Shown here in pieces: positions 55,316 to 64,000 of a DNA stretch of 64,000 nucleotides (position 1 is the stretch's first letter; each line of letters starts with the position of its first letter). The notes below the pieces were generated by a model. It saw nothing but the letters and a program-made list of their open reading frames with translations, searched no databases and was not told the origin of the DNA. The stretch comes from Octopus vulgaris (lineage: Eukaryota): positions 62,992,001-63,056,000 of the forward strand of contig OX597824.1 of the NCBI GenBank assembly GCA_951406725.2. Direction: 5' to 3'. The position numbers and the translations under genes are program-made.

Positions 55316-56859
55316 GATGTATGTATATATAAAAGTAGTTTTAGAGACAGAACCAGCCTCAACTCAACTTTGAAAGATATTATACCCGACCGAGCCATAA
55401 AATATCAAATATGATACTTACTATATCTATATAGAATCCCATATTTTACATTTTAAAGACATGTGTCAGTATTGTTGAGATATAATTACGTCTCTAGTCT
55501 CAATACTCAATTAGATCGACGTACTCCCAAATCTTCAGGTCTGGATTCTACACATTTCTTACTCTATCTACATCTTATATAACTCTATGATAATTGAAAT
55601 TATTTAACTAAAAATCGTTAACATAATTTTACTTTACAAATTAATGAATAAAAATAAAAATAAAAATAACGAATGAACCTTAAAAATTTAAGGAATAGAA
55701 ATTTAAGGAATATAAGAGGATAAAAAATATGAATAAAAAATATGAATAAAAATACGAATAAAAATACAAAATAAAAATAATGAACCAAACGAATGTTAAC
55801 TTAAGCAATACGAATGTGAAAGAGTAATAAGGACGTAACACCCTGTTTGTAAAGTTAGAAACTCCGGGTTGACGTGAAATAGTTTGTATAATATATATAT
55901 AAATAAATAAATGGAGTTAAACGCAGATGTTATTTAAATTCTTTTACTTCCGATATACTTTTTGAAGGCAACATTGGTATTATTCCAAAAGGAATAAAAT
56001 GGTGTAAAACAATGTAATCTTCTTATCAGGGAAAGAAAGAAACTAAACTCATGAATAAGACATTTTAACAAAATGCGATGGATGTGTATAATGATGAACG
56101 GAAGGGGTAAAGGAAAGAAATAAGCACAAAACTAATAAAGGGGAAATATAAAGCGATATATGAATTAGAATAAAAGCTTAAAGGTTTGGCAAAAGATATA
56201 TCTAGTGGAAGTGAAATGTAAGAAGAAAATAAATGTTCAAATTATACATATAATGGTAGATATCACCTATATGAACTAGAGGTATGTTTCTGCCTATGTT
56301 TACATCGATAAGCGCGCTCTATAAACGTGCTTAACAGGGGATTCTTAGAAAATAGAATATACAGTAGTTCACTATTACAGGGTTCGCTGAATTCTTTACC
56401 TTTATCGTATGGGGATGAAATGGAGAGAATACACCAATCTAAATTGAAATGCTTATTTTGATCTTTTAGATACCAAATTAATTTACTAAGCCCTGTAGTG
56501 TTGCGTTTATTACTATCCCTAAATGTACAATAATGATTAGAAATTTTTTTAGATAACTGAGAAGAACAACCTATATAAAAAGGACAGTAATTTTACACTC
56601 GTATATAGAGTTTTTCGTCTTAGAATTACTAGACATAAACTTAATTCTGTTGGAATTGACTTCAGAGACAATAGCCTTGCTGTTTATATTTCTAGGGGGA
56701 TGGTTACTATTAGCTAAATTAATGTTATTATTTTCAGTAATTTGATTCTTATTTAACAGACTAATATTATGTGGAGAGATAATTTGTGGGAGATTTTTTG
56801 TTTTTGTATTAGAAAAGCTAATCCTAATATATATGTATATATATTTATGTGTATGTGTG

Positions 56860-57040
56860 TCTATGTGTCCACAACTGATGTTGGTGTGTTTATGCACCCG
56901 AAACTTAGCGGTTCGGCAAAAATGGCGGATAGTCTAAGTACTGGGCTTCCAAAGAATATGGCTTAGGTTCAATTTCTTCGACTAACGACGGTACTCCGGC
57001 ATGGTCGCAGTGAAATAACTGAAACGTATAAAAGAGTAAA
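56860..57040 (+). mobile_element. SINE 3'-part remnant (related piece at 62745-62850)
   Basis: gatgttggtgtgtttat...aacttagcggttcggcaaaa...gatag..taagtac shared between the two sites. Confidence 0.6.
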
Positions 57041-58241
57041 TGAGTATCGTGACCGGACTTACTCATGCGGTCTACACGTTTCTTTACATATAGCGTTTGT
57101 AAATAAAACGCCTATGCAATATACGAACATTGTGTATTTATGTATCTACGTATACACCCCTGGAAACATTTCTGGCATATAAGTAAACACTATTGCTATG
57201 TTTCATGGGAATAAATTTTATATTTTACTTACGTAAAGGAAAGAAACAATTAAGACTGCTCTGAATAACTGTTGTTATTACTGTATGCTAATAATAATTA
57301 GCATTTAGCATGACACCTACTATATTTTACTGAAACAAAAAATATAGATGTGAGACCAGAATAGTAATATCACGTCGAAGTTTTGATTTGTACATTGATG
57401 GTACTTGAAATTGAAAAAGAATGAATCTAGTAGGAATTAATAGTAAATACTAAGCAGTATGTGGTTTAAATTGTTGAGGACAATTTCAAGCACAAACATA
57501 ATCAAAAGTATTTCATTTAGTACCCACGGCGACGCTAAAGTTATCTGGTGTGATTTACGTTAGGAAAGTATATTCTCTTGGTTCCTCTTGTGTTAATACT
57601 CTTCTTGTCCGAAAAGATATTTAACGTTTTAAAAATAACTTAATGAATAGAATTTCAGTGTCAATACCTCTACATCAGAAGCATTTATGTGACTTTTTTA
57701 TTATTGCGGGAAATGATATTATAGAGAGATTAGGAAATGGAAAGGAAAAGAAAAGAACACAGAATGATATTTGAAAGACCATTGACTGTATAGTCTTTAT
57801 TTTCATACAGACTCTCTTGTGGAACTAAACTTTTATGAGTGAGCACATAAAAAAGTAATTAATGTGTAATGAAATCACTTGTTTCAAAATAGAAGTATTA
57901 GTGAATAGAACGATGCCGTTGAAATGTGAAACAGATTTTTGTTTTCGTCGTTTCCATTACTGATATTTGAAATCGTCCATTACTTTCGTGAGATGAGTTC
58001 CGCTGGTCAAAATTGCGTGACGTGTAACGTTTAAATAACAACAGACAGATGTAAGGAATTAGTAGTCGATATAAACAAATAAACCCGATGTTACCATTTT
58101 CCTATAGAATTAGTAATAAATAATTTGATTGCTTCCTTTTCAATCCTTATATAAACCACATTGACTTAAATAACATTTGCAAACGAACGGGTGACTAGAC
58201 CACGTTAAAATCTACATTTTTTATATATTAATGTCTAAATG

Positions 58242-58304
<63 letters not shown>

Positions 58305-59614
58305 TTTGTGTTTTGATATTTTTAATCTTTACTCTAACCTCCCATTTATGATATGTTACATTATAGCCACCACTTTCCATCGAACCATTTAATGCGCATC
58401 ATGATTTCTGGTAATTTAGACAATTATACAAGTACTTATTTAAACAGGAGAATGGTGTTCGTAGTGGAGTTGTTGATTGAAATAAACAGTTGCTTGAGCG
58501 CTCAACCTCTCTGTTCATTTTGAATTTTTTATGTCATACATGAAGTTTGGTTTCTATTTTAAATACAGTCAGTATTAATGTAAATAGTCAAACATAGGGG
58601 TCATAACATTATGCTAATAACACTGTATCTACAAAGCAAACCGATATACTTCCATCTGATAAATATCATAATCAACCCATTGTAAATTTGTCAGTATATT
58701 CGCTGCACATATGAGTAACTGGCCAATTGAGTTTGTTTAGTGCTACCAAAAGCAAACTCAAATATAGTTTAATAAAACACGTCTAAGATATGCATTTGTT
58801 CGTGCTTAACCTGAGGGCATACCACGTGAACGTTATACATCATGGTCGTGAATGCAGTTTGTATTAATACCATTAATAACATTACCTGATTTTTCACGTC
58901 TTTCAAAGGGAAGAATCTCTTAGAAAGATTTGTTTCCTATTTCTATCAACATCTACTACTATGCAGTAGATATGTCATTAGTACTCAGAAATAAATTTCT
59001 TTTCACTCAAATCCTGAATACTAGGTCCAGTATTTAAGAATTATAGAAATGGTATTCTATGAATGAATAAATATACTAGTCAACTCACATTTCTTAGGAA
59101 AACAGGTTTAAAGATTGAGTGTTTGTTCAAGACAATGGGTTTTACTTCCAAATCAACATGCATTATCTGCGTAGATGGCGTTCTTTTAGTCCTTTCGAAT
59201 AATTCTATGTGAAGGGAATGCTTACTTACATATTTGACAACCGCGAACAAAAGTAATCAATGTTTCTATCATTCCGGTTTGTCAGAGATACAAACTGTAT
59301 GTTATATAATCTGACAGAGAAATCACAGATACAATATACAAAAATATACACTAAGCTGCGCAATAACATCAAATATTACCATTGAGGATCATATAAGCTT
59401 TAACTTAACAGTTATCTTATGACTACATAGCAAACCAATTTTCAGTTGTGATTGAATTGTTAGGGTTCGGTAAAATGTTTGGGGAATAATTTAGAACAAA
59501 TCTGATAAATTATTTCTAAAACCGTCTATAATTCAGCATTCAATGTCTCCTAGATAACTCTAATCATATATTCTATGTATGTTTATATGTATGTATATAT
59601 GTATGTATCAATCT

Positions 59615-59822
59615 AAACATAATCCAAACAAGAAAGCACAACAAAACACAACAACGCGAGGACGTGGAACAAATATAGTATCATTGGACGCTCAGGAAAG
59701 AAGGAAAGAAGGAGGGTTTAACGTTTCGAGCGGAGCTCTTCGTCGGAAACATAGGAGAAGGAAAGATCCAGAGAAGGGAAGACAGAGGGAAAAAATCGCC
59801 AACGGTACACACGCGGTCACAT
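59615..59822 (-). repeat. pLTR-like repeat with hammerhead-like variant
   Basis: Minus 59750->59716: GTTT-CCGACGA-A-GAGC(TCC)GCTC-GAAA-CG-TT-AAAC. Confidence 0.75.
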
Positions 59823-60019
59823 CTCACTCTAGGCACCTTGGGTCAGTGTCCTCTGCTATTGCCTCGGGCGGATCAAAGCCTTGTCAGTGTATTTAGTAGA
59901 CGAAAATTGACAGAATCCCGTCCTATATATGTACATTTATCTATGTGCGGGCGCACATTTGTAAGCATGAACAGACGCGCTTACGCGAATACTATGAACT
60001 TTGTACCCCCTTACATTTA

Positions 60020-60279
60020 CTCCCTTTTTTAGCGGTCATTCGAATAGCTCTTTTGTCTAAATAATGGTCAATCACACAGTAATTTCCCTTTGTATAACGG
60101 TCATTTTTCATAGCGTTTTTCCGATGGTCGGATAACTGAAGAGATGGCGGCGTGGATTTGCACCTCGGCATCCGAAAGTCGGAGTTTTATCATGGCTACC
60201 GAATAATTGTCACATATTACATCTACAGATAAATTCGTCTATTTACATAATATCGAGGTCTCTTTCTTTCTTTTGTTAT

Positions 60280-60321
<42 letters not shown>

Positions 60322-60376
60322 ATATTTGACAATTATTCAAATATCCAAGATAAAACTCTGAGTTTCGGATGCCGTT
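60020..60376 (+). repeat. pLTR-like repeat with hammerhead-like motif plus inverted partial copy across (TA)n
   Basis: GATAA-CTGAAGA-GATG...CATC.C-GAAA-GTCGGAG-TT-TTATC at 60131-60191; 60320-60375 is the reverse complement of 60165-60218. Confidence 0.75.
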
Positions 60377-60395
60377 TTTACCAATATATATACAA

Positions 60396-60457
<62 letters not shown>

Positions 60458-60471
60458 TCATATACATTATC

Positions 60472-61001
60472 GAGTGAGTGAGCAGCGCATGCCGTCAAAG
60501 TGACACTGGGTTAAAATATACCAAACTCAATATGCACATCATGACAATCAGGCGCATTCATCGCAATCATATGTGCACGACATTGTAAGCTCATATACAT
60601 ATAAACAGCGCATGACCTTGCAGGTGGGGGCCAGTTAGAATTTTCTTCAGCTCGAGTAGCCTCTCCCATTTAAAAGGTCGCTGAATAAGGGTTGTTTAAT
60701 GATGTTGAACGAAACACCCATGTTTCCAGGGATGAATTATTAAAATAACAAAGAATTCTCTTCTCAACACATGACTATGATGCCCCCCGCTACTTCTGCT
60801 CTCATGATCAGAGATGCACATATCGTCAGCCACCCAGAAACATGCTCAACTGATTATGTTCAAGAAACTGGCAAGCAAATCTGGGGTGTTGAGCAGAATC
60901 TTGGCTGTAACCCATCTGCTATACCAAGTCAAAACATGTATGTGATAACACACCCAATCAGTTAAGATCAGAAGAGCCACGAGATCAATACCTGGTACTG
61001 G

Positions 61002-61004
<3 letters not shown>
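60472..61004 (-). mobile_element. (TAA)n-associated non-coding retroposon copy 1
   Basis: Colinear with 63343-63817 over ~480 bp; abuts (ATT)n; strand inferred from the TAA tail of copy 2. Confidence 0.7.
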
Positions 61005-61073
<69 letters not shown>

Positions 61074-61654
61074 CAATAATATTAATACGCTAATTTGCTT
61101 TTTCTACGTACCTTACGCGTGTCTCACGCTTAAGAGTAAGAAGTTGTTGAAAGAAATTTAGTTGCTTAAATAGAAATATTTAACTAGATCTCTTGTAATT
61201 TATAGAAGAGATTTGAAATTACCACCTATGTGTTGTACTACTACATCTCAACACCCATGCCTACTGGGCCACCGGAGCAGCAACGCTCTTAGTAAGAAAC
61301 TTAAGATATTTAAATTTGACGCATGTGTCGAGCAAGGAGAGAGTAAGTGAGAGAGAAAGAGAGATAATGAGAGGGAGTGGCTGATAGGTATTTGAATTCC
61401 TTTCTACGATTGAACTGAAATCGATCCCTGGCTATTAAAAGCTCAACCACACGCACACACACCGCACACACACATATTTGTTTTAGGTCTTCTGCCCATT
61501 TGAATTCGGCCATTCACCAGATAACATGTTAAGTCATATGTTCTAAAATTTAAATTTTGGATTTGTTTTAATTATAAAATTACAACACAGTTAAAAAACA
61601 TATTTTGGCTTTCGAATACAACCTTTACTTTCTCTTTCTATATCATTTGTTGAG

Positions 61655-61915
61655 CTACAATTTCTCTCTTTTGGTCAGGATTTTTCCAATTTCTTTTTTC
61701 TTGTATCAAGTAATGTACGAGAGCATTAAGAAAATTAAATTCCTAGAGCCGAACAAAATCAAACATATATATTCTATTTTTCGCTTTCCGTAATACTAAC
61801 AAGATAGATTTTGGGATAGATTTTGCTGTTATTTCTAACAAATTCAACAACCACGCAGAGTTGTTCAATTGGTTCGTTTGTTGATGTGTATAAGTAAATA
61901 ACATTTAAAACACGC

Positions 61916-61964
<49 letters not shown>

Positions 61965-62175
61965 CATGAATGTATGTGTGTGTGCAATAATAAGTGTCGC
62001 ATGGTGGAAATAAACGCAACTTCTTTCTATATTTTTGTTAACTTAGAATTTTTCTGTTTTGGTCAGGACTTTTCCAATTTCTTTTTTCTTGTATCAAGCA
62101 ATTAACGAAAGCATTAAAAAAAATTAAATTCATAGACCCGAACAAAATCAAAAATATTAATTCTATTTTCCTTTT
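61655..62175 (+). repeat. ~125-bp direct repeat pair (61658-61782 and 62047-62170)
   Basis: ttttggtcagga.ttttccaatttcttttttcttgtatcaag...ccgaacaaaatcaaa...ttctatttt in both. Confidence 0.85.
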
Positions 62176-62313
62176 ACTTTTTACTTTCCTACAATATAAT
62201 TAATTACCGTATCCTTTCATATTAGGTAAGTATTTCGGAAATATTTCCCTTTTTAAACAAAAACCATAAAATACATTTTGGGCATTTACTGTTTTAATAG
62301 AAAGTTTTAAAAT

Positions 62314-62650
62314 ATGGATAATCACACGAGGGACGCATCACAAGAGCGTCAGCGTAGAAGGGGTTACGCGAGGAACAGCGGGAGGAAATAAGGAATCAAA
62401 ATCGCGTGAGGATGAGACAGAGAAGAAACGAAATAAGCCGAGCGGAGAGGGTGCGTATCCCTACGGCATAGGAGAAAAAGAAATCAGCAAAGGATAGGAC
62501 AAATGAGCTAGGACCAAAGAGAAGAGTATTTCCAAAATAAAGAGAGATAGAAATCAACAGAATCGTGAACACATGAGTCAAGAGCAAAGGCAGCTGTACT
62601 TAGAAAATATGAGAAACAAAGCTGGATCTCTCTCGGGATACCAGCAAATC
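62314..62650 (+). mobile_element. Possible decayed Helitron N-terminal (STPR-like, Arg/Glu-rich) segment
   Basis: MDNHTRDASQERQRRR... and MSQEQRQLYLENMR resemble ETxEQRxxRL repeats; purine-rich; no catalytic motif. Confidence 0.25.
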
Positions 62651-63004
62651 ACAAAATCGTGCCAGCCAGCATCACAACCACATCCAAGCCCATATATAGG
62701 TGTCTGTGTGTGTATGTATATATTTATGTGTGTGTATTTGTGTCTGTCCTCTACCACCATTGCTTGACAGCCGATGTTGGTATGTTTACACCCCTGTACT
62801 TTAGCTGTTCAGCAGAAGTGGCTGATAGAATAAGCACCAGGTTTACGGGTAATTGGTCCAGTAAACCAAGAGGGTTCTCTGAATATGTACGATGTATTTT
62901 AAGGCTAAATAGTAATTCTATTTGCGTAACTGAGATATTTTGGTTGGATTGATAGTTATCGGTTTTACACTTCTTTCTATATTCTGTAAATGTCGCAATA
63001 TACT

Positions 63005-63216
63005 TTTCTACTATAGGGACAAGTTCTAAAATTTTGGTGGGGAGGTGGCCAGTCCATTAGATAGACCTCAGTACGCAAATGGTACGTAATTTATTGACCC
63101 CGAAACGATGAAAGGCAAAGTCGATCCGGTAGAATTTGAACTCGGAAGGTAAAGACAGACAAAATACCGCAAAGGATTTCGCCCAGCGTGCTAACGATTC
63201 TGCTAGCTCGCCGTCT
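63005..63216 (-). mobile_element. SINE of the 38368 family
   Basis: gaccccgaaacgatgaaaggcaaagtcga..gaatttgaactc..cgtgctaacgattctgctagctcgccg. Confidence 0.85.
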
Positions 63217-63309
63217 TTAACTATAGAAACATTTCTCAAGGCACCAGCACACAGTTTAGAGATGCTTACATTTTTAATATTTTCCATGAATTTTTCACGG
63301 GTCCAGTTA

Positions 63310-63342
<33 letters not shown>

Positions 63343-63817
63343 GAGTGAGCGAGCAGAGCATGCCATCAAAGTGACACTGGGGTAAAATATACGAAGCCCA
63401 GTATACCCATCATGACTACCCGTCTGATAAGGGTACACCAGGCACATGCATCACAACCATATGTGCGCGACATGGTGATCTCATATCAAGATAAACAGCA
63501 CATGACCTTGCAGGTGGAGCCCAGTTAGAATTTTCTTCAGATCGAGTAATCCATCCCGCTCAAAAGGTCCCTGAATAAGGGTTGTTTAAGGACGTTGAAA
63601 GAAACACCCATGTTTCTAGAGGTGAATTATTCAAACCCCAAAGAATCCTTAACACATGGCTATGATGCTCCCCCACTACTTCTGCTCGTGATCAGAGATG
63701 CACATATCGTCAGCCACGAAGGGACATGCTCAACTGGTTAAGGTCAAACAACTGACAAGCAAATCTGTGGTATTGAGCAGAATATTTGCTGTAGCCCATC
63801 TTTTATACCAAGACAAA
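63343..63817 (-). mobile_element. (TAA)n-associated non-coding retroposon copy 2
   Basis: Flanked on both sides by (ATT)n; colinear with 60472-60935. Confidence 0.75.
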
Positions 63818-63820
63818 ATA

Positions 63821-63943
<123 letters not shown>

Positions 63944-64000
63944 TTTTTTTTCTTCTTTCAAATTTTCTTCCATTTCTTGCCGAGTGTCTTCCCGACTCCT

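Overview
AT-rich, microsatellite-dense eukaryotic DNA. The SINE families and (TA)n/(TAA)n/(GATA)n tracts resemble octopus (coleoid cephalopod) intronic or intergenic DNA; this is recognition from memory, not a database match. No intact host protein-coding gene is visible, and most listed ORFs are translated simple repeats. The window is mostly decayed mobile DNA: a near full-length R4/Dong-clade LINE stacked with sister-family fragments in (TAA)n tracts (39.9-45.8 kb), many Penelope-like element (PLE) remnants with GIY-YIG domains and pseudo-LTRs, and RTE, Gypsy, mariner, hAT, Chapaev-like and Helitron fragments plus tRNA-derived SINEs. The most notable signal is a set of hammerhead-ribozyme-like motifs from several different pseudo-LTR families, with two recurring non-canonical core variants. 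One (4798-4852, minus) folds almost completely and sits in a perfect 64-bp-arm palindrome. Inverted pLTR copies repeatedly pivot or truncate at the hammerhead. A candidate host exon (37358-37512) has an exact 23-bp antisense partner 1.8 kb upstream.
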